A stretch of DNA of 64,000 nt from Balanoglossus misakiensis (GCA_040954595.2 CM082589.2:7189186-7253185), one strand, 5' to 3'; numbered from the stretch's first letter, positions 14,201-27,663 are shown. Program-made: numbers and translations. The notes: generated by a model not told the origin, from the letters alone.

Positions 14201-14307
14201 CAGGAAAACAAGCAGACGTGTAGACAAACATACAGATAGAAAGATGTTCTGCTACGGGTAACGTGCAACTTACATTTTACCGGCCTCACAGACGAATTAT
14301 TTCCCAT
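8027..14307 (-). CDS. Gene B: putative N-myristoylated three-module uncharacterised protein (~506 aa, 14 coding exons)
   Basis: Minus-strand exons 14307-14274 ([11 protein letters not shown]), 14149-13983 ([15 protein letters not shown]), 13403-13266 ([19 protein letters not shown]), 12736-12697, 12321-12267, 12153-12127, 11823-11795, 11432-11287 ([11 protein letters not shown]), 10661-10484 ([19 protein letters not shown]), 9715-9593, 9480-9396, 9084-9038, 8763-8579 ([11 protein letters not shown]), 8293-8027 ([16 protein letters not shown]). All are GT-AG and phase-consistent; the linker micro-exons are less certain. Confidence 0.8.
10753..11265. repeat. (GAAT)n/(CAAT)n/(CAAC)n compound microsatellite with an internal duplicated block
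   Basis: Direct inspection; source of the spurious FIHS ORFs. Confidence 0.95.
11930..12100. repeat. (TACA)n microsatellite
   Basis: Direct inspection. Confidence 0.95.
12903..13085. repeat. Three tandem ~59-bp units
   Basis: AGAGAATTGTTTTAAATTTAAAATTCAAAATGGCCGCCACTCT..GTTAACT repeated three times; a related sequence occurs near 43930-43975. Confidence 0.8.
13433..13790. mobile_element. Palindromic ~355-bp MITE with TTAA|AGGG termini (T2/Kolobok-type), copy 1
   Basis: TTAAAGGGACAAAGTCTCTCTC...GAGAGATTTTGTCCCTTTAA; nearly the whole element is an inverted repeat; five copies in the window. Confidence 0.85.
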
Positions 14308-16139
14308 CCTCAATGCAGTATCGGAACGCCTGAGCAAAAATGAAGAAAATGCCAAAGGTGATCACTATTCCGACAAGTTTAATAAAGGCCTATGATTGAT
14401 GGCATTTAAGGCATGTCTGATAAGCTGTGTTTGCTGTATATAACAAAGGATTTTCAAGAAGGAAGTTGCGCAGAAATATTAAACAACCGCGCAATCACGT
14501 GCGTCCTAGATACGAAGCTATGGCACATTTGCCGATGGTATGGACTCGCACGTAAAGGCTCTAGGTACGGTTGAAGTTAATTTACAGCTATCTAACGAAA
14601 GACCGCCCCCATTGGGAGTGATGTTTTGCTAGAACTGTAACTGTGAACCGGATAATTCATGTCGGAGAATAAAGATTCCGTTGTACGTAACGTAAACAGG
14701 TTTGTGAACAATAAAATACAAGACGTGTATTTCTCACAAAAGTTGAAATTGTTCATGTAAGTTCATACTCACACATTTCGCTTTCTATCCACCGAGAACC
14801 CTCAACCCAAATAATTTTCTGTCGACTAAGTTTTGATTTAAGTATTACTAAGTTCATCGAAACATTCTTATTTATAAAAAAATAACTTGTTCGCTTTTCT
14901 TGCATTTTTCAAATAAATGCGTACATAACAGGACAGTGTATTTAGTTAAGTGTAAGTTACCACGAGACTGGTGAACTTGTACTTTACTTTGTCAATTCGT
15001 ATAACAAAGAAAGCAACGCGTAAAACTAACTGAGACTAATAATAGAAAATTACCTTTAAGAAACGAAACAAATGCACTCACAGCAAAATAGACAGTCAAA
15101 TCCGTGAATAAACCGGTATAAAACCGTCACTTGATTTCAGGTATACAGACTGTGCTGCTAAGCGTCAGTTAGGGCACTATCTCAGTAGCAATGCAGTCCT
15201 GGGTTAGGCATTGTGTGAAGTGCCGTTTCCAACACAACAGCAACGCCATACAATAGGTTTCTACAGATGAATACGCGGGGTGAAAATGTACGCAGGAAAG
15301 AAACAGTCAGTCAAAGCGTGGTCGTATCAAACTGACCACATATTAACAAAAACAAATTATTTCAAATTTTGAACAAATCCGACTTCTTACCTTTATAGAA
15401 ATGACTGATCGTTGAGAACTGCGCCGGCAGCTACAATGCTTAGAGACAAATACTGCGCTGAGTGGCTTGCAACAAGGAGTTCCTATGACAACGTGCTCAT
15501 TGGGCTCGGCTCTCAAGAAGGAAGGTAGAAAGAAAACCTTGTTTATAAATTAATCCACGAGGGCTAAATCAATTTGACATTCTTGAAGATAAGTATTGAT
15601 TATACATTAATGGTCTCATGTGATCGGCACTCATAGTAAGCTTTGTTACCATTCCTGTCCTATATTTCATGACAATCGTTAGGGCAGGGCAGAGTACAAA
15701 AAGTCAAGCGGGCACTTACATACACCAATAAATACTTGTGTCCGATTGCGTCACGTAGACCCGGGCACCATACACAGATTTGCCACGATGAAACCACAAC
15801 ATACATATTGCCAATTTCTCGTGAACGATGCCTGTGACACTGTGATAGCCAATTAATAACACTCACTCAACGGTATACATAGAGACTGAAGTTACTTTAT
15901 ATGTTCGGACAGTACATGAGCAAGCGGATGCGTACCTATATTACATACGTGCGCCCTCATAAACACAGACACACACATTTATTTCTGTCTAATGAATTAC
16001 ACATGGCGACACTGAAGAAGCGTATATGTGGTTTGATCATTTTAAAATCTTCAAAGTTTCAATCCTTAACAAAGTTTGTGAGTCTAACACGTCCGATTTT
16101 AAATTTGACTATGGAGTCCGCCCGACAGTGATACAGCCA

Positions 16140-16175
16140 GCCAGACATACAGACAATACAGACAGACAGACAGAC

Positions 16176-16208
<33 letters not shown>

Positions 16209-16358
16209 TAGACAGATAGACTAGACAGACAGAGAGAGAGACTGGCAGACAGACAGAGAGACAGACAGACAGAGAGACAGATAGACTAGACAGACAGACA
16301 GACAGACAGACAGAGAGACATACAGACTAGACAGAGAGAGACAGACAGAGAGACAGAC

Positions 16359-16400
<42 letters not shown>

Positions 16401-16470
16401 TACAGACAGACAGAGACATACAGACTAGACAGAGAGACAGACAGAGACACAGAGAGACAGAGAGACGGAC
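16140..16470. repeat. (GACA)n/(GAGA)n compound microsatellite
   Basis: Direct inspection. Confidence 0.9.
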
Positions 16471-17960
16471 ATACAGAATATTCGTCATTGTAGTAGAATT
16501 CGAAAGTAAATAATTGGGCCTGGTTGGCTATTTTCCAACACTTCTTTTGGGGGGAAATTGGGGAAACGAGTCTTAACAATCAAAGCTGTATTTTCGTCGA
16601 AGTCTATATGTAATTCATCGGAACAGTAGCCTTAATATACGACCTAACTTAGTGCTTAACGGCCAAAGGGGAAGTTCCTGGGTAATTATCCGATCACCAA
16701 GACCCAATTCAAAGTGTTACTATTTACTTTACAGGTAATACCCAACACGACCCACGCGTGTTATTTTCACCCCAACTCCTTTGAGGGGGGAAAGTTGGGA
16801 AGGGTGTTTTCAAAGAAACATTTATTATCGGTGATTTCGTCGAAATTGTAACTTTTAACACCGGTTACTTGCAACTGGGAGGAAGAAATTGCGTGAATGC
16901 AACGACTTTCGGTTTGTTCTGAAGTATGCGTTGAAAGCGCGTAACCATGATGGCCCCAAGTGACACACGCCATCAAAAAGTGTTGGGTCAACAAATCGTT
17001 GCTTGCCAACAAATTCCAAAGCCTATTCTTTCACCCACCTCACAACAGCTCCTCGGTATAAACATAGATAGTTTATAGTACTGGTCTACTTAACTGGATC
17101 AAATGTAGGCACTCCCACTGCTCAATAAGATATAATAAATTTTGTTTCGTTTATAAAGATAATCCTGCTTCTTAGCGAAAAGGGCTTCAAAGTGATACTA
17201 TGCAGATCAAAACAGAACGTGTTCGCCGACGATCAAAGAATACTTGTCATTTTCATGTGGAAAATTATACTCATTCTTTATTTTCATAAAAGACACCACA
17301 TTGTGTGTGTGTGTGTGTGTATGTGTTTGTATACATTTCTGGGCCAGTCTCTATGGTAACAAATGATAACCATCAAAACCGTACGTGCATATAGAACAAA
17401 ATGGCCGTCATCTATAATAGGCATTCCCTGTTTTCAGGCAGCTAGCTACCAATCGAGACATTCTGTTATGTTGGCAGAAATTGACCCCGCTGACTTGTTG
17501 GCATGCGAATGGCCAGTTGCACGAAACACGTTGCGTAGCAGTGTGTCCTAATACACATACTGCGCATGTCTAAACCTCAGCTGGGCTACTTGTGTGCACA
17601 TGGGTACAGCCGCCACGAACGTTTCGTAAAAAGCTCAGTTCAGAGAATTCGAGCATGCGCATATCGTGTTAGTGGACAACGTGTACTTTGGGTTAACCCT
17701 AATTACTCTTCCGGTCCACTCCTGGTCGGTCCTTCGCAGTGGTACCTACAACGGTTGAACAAACAGGACTGGTGTTTATGCCACCAGACAGACCGGGAAA
17801 TAATTAACACATTCAAGCGGTGAGTATATTGATGTTGTGTCTATTTGTTGTATTCACATGCAAATTCCCACGGCCACAGTAATTACACTTCGCTGCATTT
17901 CAAAAAATTTTCAATGTTTACTTTTTCTCAATTTACAGGAGTTACCTTAATAGGGAAAGG

Positions 17961-20900
17961 ATGGGCTGTAATTCAAGTAGTATACCACCTGTAGGTACGT
18001 AAACTACGATTTTCACACACTCGAGTTTTGTCAGTTTATTGACTGCAGGAAAATAACGCCATACGTTTGAGTAAAAACATCTATGCTACTGTATGTGTTC
18101 TAAAAAAAACTAATGTCATATGGTCAAGTCCACTGTCATACTACGTGATGAAACGATAAAACTCCCCATTTCACGTTTAATACATTTATTTATTATACAT
18201 CTGGCACCGAGAACAATAGAATTTAGCGTGCACTAAAAAGCCGTACGGAACGCGTGTAAAATACGCCTTTAAGTTTCAAGACGCCCCAACTCACCGTGTA
18301 CAGGTATGCACTGTTATGTAGACGGTTTCAAGATACCCCCACTCGAACGCACGTAAACTAAAAAGAAAGATGGCTGCTCACTGTTTCAGCTGAGCGGTTT
18401 ACGATCGATTGTATCGGCATTTGAGGCGTTTTGAAAGCCAAGTATTATGGAACACAAGAACTAACCGAGATGTAAGATGTATAATAACAAGGTTATTACG
18501 AAAATACCGCAAGGTTTACACGAGGACATTAGCGCCCTGTATCGCCGGGGACTTCAAATATAACAATGACGAATGATTTATGTTTTGACTTTGACTCGTC
18601 TCCCTGTCCACAAAGAATGTGAAGAAGGTATCACCTTCGAAAAAATCGACGAGGAGCTCAAAAAACTAGACAATGAAGAAGATAGACGTTGCATGCGATA
18701 TTGCTACACTCTACTCCAAGGAGAATGGGGAACGGTAAGTCCCTACTTCTTGAACTTAGTCACTTTAATGGCAAAATGAACTAAAATGACGTCATACAAA
18801 TTTAAATTGGAACAGTGTTATCATCAAATAGCCCTAGAGCATAAACGTGTTCATTGCGACAAATTTGTGCAAATGTAGTTAATGCAAACCCGTGAAAAAA
18901 TGCGCAATAACAGTTTCATTAAGTAATAACACCTCAAGTATTTGTGGCACTGTTGCAACATATGATTTATCTGCGAGCAATAAAAACGATTTGCGATATT
19001 TTGCAGGACGAGACCAAATCGAAGAACGAGACCGATAAGAAACGGTTCATTAAGAAATTAAAACCGCCATTACTAGTAGGTAATACAGGTATGTACATGT
19101 ATAACGTTAACAGCTATATTTAATTAATAAACTATGTAAATTAAAGATGCTTTCATGATAAGAACCTCGTATGGAATTTTCTTTCAGACAAAATTAAATA
19201 TTGCCGATTCATAATAACTGTTATCATTTTGTCTACAGAGTCTCCAGAGTGTCCAGATGAGGTAAGTATGTATGTATGTATGTATGTATGTATGTATGTA
19301 TGTATGTATGTATGTATGTATGTATGTATGTATGTATGTATGTATGTATGTATGTATGTATGTATGTATGTATGTATGTATGTATGTATGTATGTATGTA
19401 TGTATGTATGTATGTATGTATGTATGTATGTATGTATGTATGTATGTATGTATGTATGTATGTATGTATGTATGTATGTATGTATGTATGTATGTATGTA
19501 TGTATGTATGTATGTATGTATGTATGTATGTATGTATGTATGTATGTATGTATGTATGTATGTATGTATGTATGTATGTATGTATGTATGTATGTATGTA
19601 TGTATGTATGTATGTATGTATGTATGTATGTATGTATGTATGTATGTATGTATGTATGTATGTATGTATGTATGTATGTATGTATGTATGTATGTATGTA
19701 TGTATGTATGTATGTATGTATGTATGTATGTATGTATGTATGTATGTACGTACGTACGTACGTACGTACGTACGTACGTACGTATGTATGTATGTATGTA
19801 TGTATGTATGTATGTATGTATGCATGCATGCATGTATGCATGTATGTATGTATGTATGTATGTATGACTATGTATGTATGTGTGGGGGGTGTATTGTCGG
19901 TAGAGAAGGGAAGGGTGAGGATCGAAGGAGTAGTTGGAATGAGGATGGATTGATATCCCTCACAGTTTAATGCAGTGTAATTGTTTTCTCGTTACAGCGT
20001 AACATTAAAACGATACGTGTACACCTTCACAAGGAGATTGTTACTTTTGAAGCTCACAAGGGCACCAAAAGCTTTGACGTGATGATTGACCACTATGGGA
20101 AACCGATACACAGTGAAACAAAGTATGCATCAGTCTTTTTACACACAGTATTTTTATTTTGTTTATCTTTAATGAAAATACATTTCCTGAAAATAATCAA
20201 TCATATTAACACTTACGGTTATACGACTCTGTTACGATAACTATAATGTAATATACTAGTAGTTTAATTTATAAATTAAATAAACTGTTTGACAGTTTTT
20301 TTGAGAAATTTCCAACTATTTCAAATGTTTCCAATTATGACTTTTGACTCTATTATTACTGATTTGTATTCTTGTAGTCATAAACATAATGATAATGTGC
20401 TTTACGTTTCTCTTTCATTTTAGTGTCACTCCCACGGACAAGAAAGATAAAGAGGATGAAAAACCGTATGTGTTTAATCTTCAATATTTAAATTTCCGAG
20501 TATTTCATGTGTTTCCAATTATGACTTTTGACTCTATTATTACTGATTTGTATTCTTGTAGTCATAACATAATGATAATATGCTTTACGTTTCTCTTTTA
20601 TTTTAGTGGTACTGCCAAGGACAACAAAGATAAAGAGGATGAAAAACCGTATGTGTTTAATCTTCAATATTTAAATTTCCAACTATTTCAAATGTTTCCA
20701 ATTATGACTTTTGACCTATTATTACTGATTTGTATACTTGTAGTCATAAACATAATGATAATGTGCTTTACGTTTCTCTTTTATTTTAGTGGTACTGCCA
20801 AGGACAACAAAGATAAAGAGGATGAAAAACCGTATGTGTTTAATCTTCAATATTTAAATTTCCGAGTATTTCATGTGTTTCCAATTATGACTTTTGACTC

Positions 20901-22508
20901 TATTATTACTGATTTGTATTCTTGTAGTCATAAACATAATGATAATATGCTTTACGTCTCTCTTTCATTTTAGTGGCACTCCCAATGACAAGAAAGATAA
21001 AAACGATAAAAAACCGTAAGTGTAAAATCTTCACTATTCAAATTTCCGAGTATTTCATGTGTTTCCAATAATGACTTTTGACTCTATTATTACTGATTTG
21101 TATTCTTGTAGTCATAACATAATGATAATATGCTTTACGTTTCTCTTTCATTTTAGTGGTACTGCCAAGGACAAGGAAAACAAAGAGGATGAAAAACCGT
21201 ATGTGTTTAATCTTCAATATTTAAATTTCCGAGTATTTCATGTGTTTCCAATTATGACTTTTGACTCTATTATTACTGATTTGTATTCTTGTAGTCATAA
21301 ACATAATGATAATATGCTTTACGTCTCTCTTTCATTTTAGTGGCACTCCCAATGACAAGAAAGATAAAAACGATAAAAATAAAAACGATAAAAAACCGTC
21401 CGTGTAAAATCTTCACTATTCAAATTTCCGAGTATTTCATGTGTTTCCAATAATGACTATTGACTCTTTTATTACTGATTTGTATTCTTGTAGTCATAAA
21501 CATAATGATAATATGCTTTACGTTTCTCTTTCATTTTAGTGGCACTGTCAATGAGAAGAATGATAACGAGGATGAAAAACCGTACGTGTAAAATCTTCAA
21601 TATTCAAATTTCCGAGTATTTCATGTGTTTCCAATTATGACTTTTGACTCTATTATTACTGATTTGTATTCTTGTAGTCATAAACATAATGATAATATGC
21701 TTTACGTTTCTCTTTCATTTTAGTGGCACTGTCAATGAGAAGAATGATAACGAGGATGAAAAACCGTACGTGTAAAATCTTCAATATTCAAATTTCCGAG
21801 TATTTCATGTGTTTCCAATTATGACTTTTGACTCTATTATTACTGATTTGTATTCTTGTAGTCATAAACATAATGATAATATGCTTTACGTTTCTCTTTC
21901 ATTTTAGTGGCACTGTCAATGAGAAGAATGATAACGATAACGAGGATGAAAAACCGTACGTGTAAAATCTTCAATATTCAAATTTCCGAGTATTTCATGT
22001 GTTTCCAATTATGACTTTTGACTCTATTATTTCTGATTTGTATTCTTGTAGTCATAAACATAATGATAATATGCTTTACGTTTCTCTTTCATTTTAGTGG
22101 CACTCCCAAGGACAACAAAGATAAAGAGGATGAAAAACCGTATGTGTTTAATCTTCAATATTCAAATTTCCGAGTATTTCATGTGTTTCCAATAATGACT
22201 TTTGACTCTATTATTACTGATTTGTATTCTTGTAGTCATAAACATAATGATAATATGCTTTACGTTTCTCTTTCATTTTAGTGGCACTGCCAATGAGAAG
22301 AATGATAACGAGGATGAAGAACCGTACGTGTAAAAACTTCAATATTCAAAATATTCAAATTTCCGAGCATTTCATGTTTCCAATTATGACTTTTGACTCT
22401 ATTATTACTGATTTGTATTCTTGTAGTCATAAACATAATGATAATATGCCTTACGTTTAATTTCTCTTTCACTTTAGTGGCACTCCCAAGGACAAGAACG
22501 ATAAATAG
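17961..22508 (+). CDS. Gene C: putative N-myristoylated (Cys3) single-module protein with a K/D/E/N-rich micro-exon tail (~298 aa if all exons are included)
   Basis: Exons 17961-17994 (MGCNSSSIPPV), 18616-18734 (GITFEKIDEELKK..DRRCMRYCYTLL), 19007-19088, 19239-19261, 19998-20122 (IRVHLHKEIVTF..MIDHYGKP), then 12 phase-2 micro-exons from 20424 to the TAG at 22506-22508. Probable 5'UTR exon donor at 17820. Confidence 0.8.
19266..19878. repeat. (TATG)n microsatellite, ~600 bp, starting at a splice donor
   Basis: gtaagTATGTATG... directly after exon 19239-19261. Confidence 0.97.
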
Positions 22509-22540
22509 GACGAAAAAATATCCGTTTAACATCTTCAATA
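20310..22540 (+). repeat. Tandem array of 12 x ~184-bp units, each an intron plus a coding micro-exon
   Basis: Micro-exons start after TTTAG at 20424, 20607, 20790, 20974, 21157, 21341, 21540, 21724, 21908, 22098, 22282 and 22478. All but the last end CC|GT. Lengths are 42, 48 or 57 nt; the last has 31 nt to the stop. Confidence 0.9.
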
Positions 22541-23810
22541 CTCACTTACGCGATATGACTGACAGATGGATGTCATTCCAATCATCTTGTTAATGTCATA
22601 CCTATTTACATGAAAATATTTTTTTAAGAGTTTGAAATGTATTTTTCTGAAAATTTACAGATCTGCTCTTGCTTTTTTATCTGTTTATCTGTAAGTCCTT
22701 AACCCATTACCCCAAGAGTGTGTCTTCATTAAGAAGAAAACTCGGTGTTCAATGTCTAGTTTTCATATAACACAGAGATTGAATTTGAAATTCAAATTTG
22801 GGGCAATTTCACTCTCTGGTGCAAAGATTTGAATTTTCCATTTTAAGAGGGAATAATGTAAAATTGCTCTGACTAAAATATGAGGAATCTGACCATTTTA
22901 TTATAGACCATTTTGTTACATTTTGTAATTTTCATTCAGATTAATAGAATGGACATTAGATAGGGAAATAAAGGTAAAAAAGTTAAAATGGCGAGTTGTG
23001 TCTTGTGTCATATGGTTGCGTAATTTTAAAGGGGTAATACTTGTCACTTTTGATAATATTTGAATAATTGGATTACGTACGTGTGTGTCCACTACAATTT
23101 CTTGTTCTACTCCCTAGAAAAGCTTGACATGCCTAGTATTCAGCCTGTCATCACAGCCTATGCATATTAACAACCAGCAACGTTATCGTTGACAAATTAA
23201 TTTTGGTACGGACAAAAAATTGTAATTTCACAAATAACAGAAGTTTTCATACGTATGCATGAAAACTGTGGAGTCACCAGTCATTTTTATAAGCAGTGAA
23301 ACATTGATCAATATGAACCAGCTTGAAACTGGTGGGACGCAGAGTGACAAAGAAGATTAAAGTTTATTCATTCTGAGCATGCGTAGATTGACGAACAATA
23401 ACCTTCCACAACTTGTGAAATCATTTGCCAATCTGCGCATGCTCAAAATGTAAGACATGTAAGGTTCTTGTGATGTACTTCGCTGATTGCTGAGATCATA
23501 CGCGGATTACGCATCTGTCGTACACCTGTCCAGATTCACAAGGGACAACGTATTCCTTTATCCTAGAGGTAGGTTCCTTGATTTTTAAGAGATTGACTCG
23601 GGATTAAATTGAGTTTCTGCTGTCCAAAACACTATTCTGGGTGCATATGCATGCGCGCGGTAAAGGATTAGTATCAAAGTTCATTAAAACATTACTGAAG
23701 GTTGACTCTACGAGAATGTCCCTTCACGCATTCAAATTCTAGTGTCCGAAATCTTTAGATGCCGCTTCGTTGGTATAGGGTCATGTGTCGTAACTGTTTC
23801 GTTTACATGG

Positions 23811-24160
23811 TTAAAGGGACAAAGACTCTTTCTCACTGCCCTTTTTCCATTAATTATGTTTGATTCAAGACACTGCTTATGTTATTCTACATGTGGATAT
23901 ATAGTGAATAAACATTCGACCACACGCAACTTCCATCCCGCTTGTAGACACAAGAGTGGAAAACTCGCCAAAATGAATAATCGGTCTCTACCATTTATTC
24001 ATTTTGGGCGAATTTTAACTCTCGTTTATACAGGCGGGATGGATGTTGTGCATGGTCGAACGTTCATTCACCATATATCAACATGTAGAAGAACATGAAG
24101 GGTGTCTTGTATCAAACATATTTAATAGAAATTAGGGAAGCGAGAGAGAGACTTTGTCCT
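23811..24160. mobile_element. T2/Kolobok-type palindromic MITE, copy 2 (right end degenerate)
   Basis: TTAAAGGGACAAAGACTC... body similar to copy 1 ...GAGAGACTTTGTCCT. Confidence 0.8.
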
Positions 24161-24881
24161 AGTTTCCAGAGAATGACACCAAAAGCGGACATCATGTCGT
24201 TGACTTATCACTGTGAATTTTACATGTTGTCTGGTTAAGGGTGGGTAACCGTCACAATTGACAACAGTCACCCAGAAAAGTTGAAATCTAGCCAAGTACA
24301 GATTTACACTTCTCTGCTTGACCACACACACATACAAAACCCGTACGACACCAGATGGCCAATAGGAACATAAGACACGTGGAGCACTCTCAGTGCTATT
24401 TTGGAAACAATATGAACATCTGGTTCCTCTTTCCACGCACAAAGGAATTTAGGATACATTTGTTGGGCGCACTTGGTGTACACTGGCCATTGTGAATCAA
24501 ATCTTTGATCTTGTTAATATTGCTACAGTCTACTAAATAGTCCCAAGTGGCTCCTGCTGAGGAACAATGACTAATGTTTAAGCTTCCAAAGCAACGGTTG
24601 CAATCAAAGGAATGTGCATAACTCAGCGCTCGTTGTTTACACGATAACCTCCTCGCCCACGATAACCACACTGATTAGCAAACAGGCATATCGATTTAGC
24701 GCTACCATGTTAACGGAACTATTTTGACACTGTAACTTCCCCTTTGTGCCCAACACCAACAATGTGCGTATAATACTATATTCAACAGTGATACAAATTG
24801 GCCTGGCTGACTGACGTGTCCTTCTCCACAGAAAGAAAACGTTCTTACAGGTAGTAATTCTTATTTTAGTACCTGGGAAAT

Positions 24882-25030
<149 letters not shown>

Positions 25031-25140
25031 AATTAAATTGTTGTTGCTGTTTTGTCGTCGTCGTCGTCGTCATTATTATTATTAAATAATTATTTTTATA
25101 TAACTATTTAATTATTATAATTAGGTGTCGCATTGACATC

Positions 25141-27663
25141 ATGGGCCTTTTATCAAGCAAAGACGAAGAAAAACGCAAGTATTTTTTTTTGAAAAAAAAG
25201 AACTTTGTATGTGTAAATGTATATATATATATGACTTGGAAAATGAACCTTAAAATGAAAAATCTCTTTTCATAACTGAAATACGCATATTTGTAATTGA
25301 AATTTGATATTGCATTATTTGTGTATGATGTATGAACGATTCTAATGACCGTCACTCTGCTAAATTTAAATTTACAGAAGAAAACAAAGATAAAGATGTA
25401 CCATGCGGCGAAGATGGCATTACTTTCGCATGTATTCATGCACAAGTACAGGAACTACAGAAACTAAAAAAAAAGAAAGACGACGACGTCGACACTCGAT
25501 GTATGCGATATTGCTATAAACTTCTTACCGCTCATGACGGTAATGACAATGAACATGCACGTATGCCCCATCAGGTGGGTTCAAGAGACATTAAATAGTT
25601 GTAGCTTTTGACTTTATTTCCAATATTATTGTTTCAGTGTACCCAATACAAGTTCTTTTTCCACTCGTTCCAAATAGCTTGTTAATATACCCAGTACTCC
25701 ACCTGTCACATGTATGTGTACAACGGCTATTGTTATTGTTGACGAATGAATTCTAGTGCAGACTTGAATGCAAAATCTTGCACATTAACAATGCTGGCTA
25801 TATACATATAGTTTGTGTTAACACGCTGAATACCAGCATTTCATCAACAAGGAAATGCAGTAGATACACACACAAAAACACTAAAACATGGCGAAAAGTT
25901 ATTGGCGATGCTTACGTAACGGTGCAGTCCATGAAAATGTTTTATTTTGAGACAGTTCGGATACAGTACATGGTCAGCGTACACAAACAAACGAATTAGG
26001 AATAGGGTGACGAACAGGAGACAAAATGAAATTAATTGACAAAAGTAGAATGATGACCGATTTGTAAGCTGGGCTGGCAGACAGACAGAACAATGGGTTG
26101 ACTGACTGACAGACATAAATGACTTTAGAAATAAGAGATCACATACTCCAGCATATGCATACACCTTAAAGAATATTACTCTGCAAAAATATGACGCACC
26201 GCTTAGATGATGGCACACCACTATCTTATTTCACAATTGTTCTTAATTGACCAACCGCTGTCGTGATTTTTGTTTGTGTTTCAGGCCATAGCAGAAATAA
26301 ATGTACATTGTAAGAAGAAGACTGTATCATTCATATCTGGCAGCGAAGAAAGCTATAAACATTTTCAAATATTTATTGATCACAAAGGACAACCTCTGCA
26401 TAAGAAACTCCCTGATATTCCCAAAGATGCTCGGTGTGTATTCCATTTACAGATAAGCCTATACTCTTCTTCTGTGTTGTGTTAACTGGCTCGGTCTTTG
26501 TTGCAAAATGATCCAAACCCTTCAGTTTATAGATTCTTTTTTATATTTTTTTTATATTTTTTTTTTATTTTTGCAGAAAAAAACATGCGGAAGATGGCAA
26601 AATTGAAGATGACGAAGATGACGAAGGTTCTAAAAGGTAATGTATGTATGTATGTATGTATGTATGTATGTATGTATGTATGTATGTATGTATGTATGTA
26701 TGTATGTATGTATGTATGTATGTATGTATGTATGTATGTATGTATGTATGTATGTATGTATGTATGTATGTATGTATGTATGTATGTATGTATGTATGTA
26801 TGTATGTATGTATGTATGTATGTATGTATGTATGTATGTATGTATGTATGTATGTATGTATGTATGTATGTATGTATGTATGTATGTATGTATGTATGTA
26901 TGTATGTATGTATGTATGTATGTATGTATGTATGTATGTATGTATATGTATGTATGTGTGTATGTATGTATGTATGTGTGTATGTATGTGTGTGTGTGTA
27001 TGTGTGTATGTGTGTGTGTATGTGTGTGTATGTGTGTGTGTATGTGTGTGTGTATGTGTGTATGTATGTATGTGTGTATGTGTGTATGTGTGTATGTATG
27101 TATGTATGTATGTATGTATTTATGTATGTATGTATGTATGTATGTATGTATGTATGTATGTATGTATGTATGTATGTATGTATGTATGCATGTATGTATG
27201 TATGCATGTATGTATGTATGTATGTATGTATGTATGTATGTATGTATGTATGTATGTATGTATGTATGTATGTATGTATGTGTATGTATGTATGTGTGTA
27301 TGTATGTATGTGTGTATGTATGTATGTGTGTTTGTATGTGTGTGTGTGTGTGTATGTGTGTGTATGTGTGTGTATGTGTGTGTATGTGTGTGTGTATGTG
27401 TGTGTGTATGTGTGTGTGTATGTATGTATGTATGTATGTGTGTATGTGTGTATGTGTGTATGTATGTATGTATGTATGTATGTATGTATGTATGTATGTA
27501 TGTATGTATGTATGTATGTATGTATGTATGTATGTATGTATGTATGTATGTATGTATGTATGTATGCCAATTTATATTAAAACCACCAATCATGAATCCA
27601 TGTCATATTTTTACTTTTAGAATGGGTTGTTTGCCTTGCAAAAATAAGGTGGAACAGTCTTAA
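25141..27663 (+). CDS. Gene D: putative N-myristoylated single-module protein (~160 aa)
   Basis: Exons 25141-25174 (MGLLSSKDEEK, GC donor), 25378-25574 (GITFACIHAQV..DTRCMRYCYKLL), 26285-26433 (INVHCKKKTVSF..FIDHKGQP), 26577-26636, 27621-27663 (MGCLPCKNKVEQS*). Confidence 0.78.
26640..27566. repeat. (TATG)n/(TG)n microsatellite, ~930 bp, filling almost the whole intron
   Basis: Begins at donor gtaatgTATG after 26636. Confidence 0.97.

Noticed and set aside
20344-20973. 209-aa hydrophobic ORF suggesting a membrane protein
   Set aside because: It is read-through of T-rich intron repeat units; the frame breaks between units.
20310-22540. CRISPR-like array (constant repeat with variable spacers)
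   Set aside because: The context is eukaryotic, the 'repeats' are ~141 nt with GT..AG ends, the 'spacers' are homologous to each other and in frame with gene C, and there are no cas genes.
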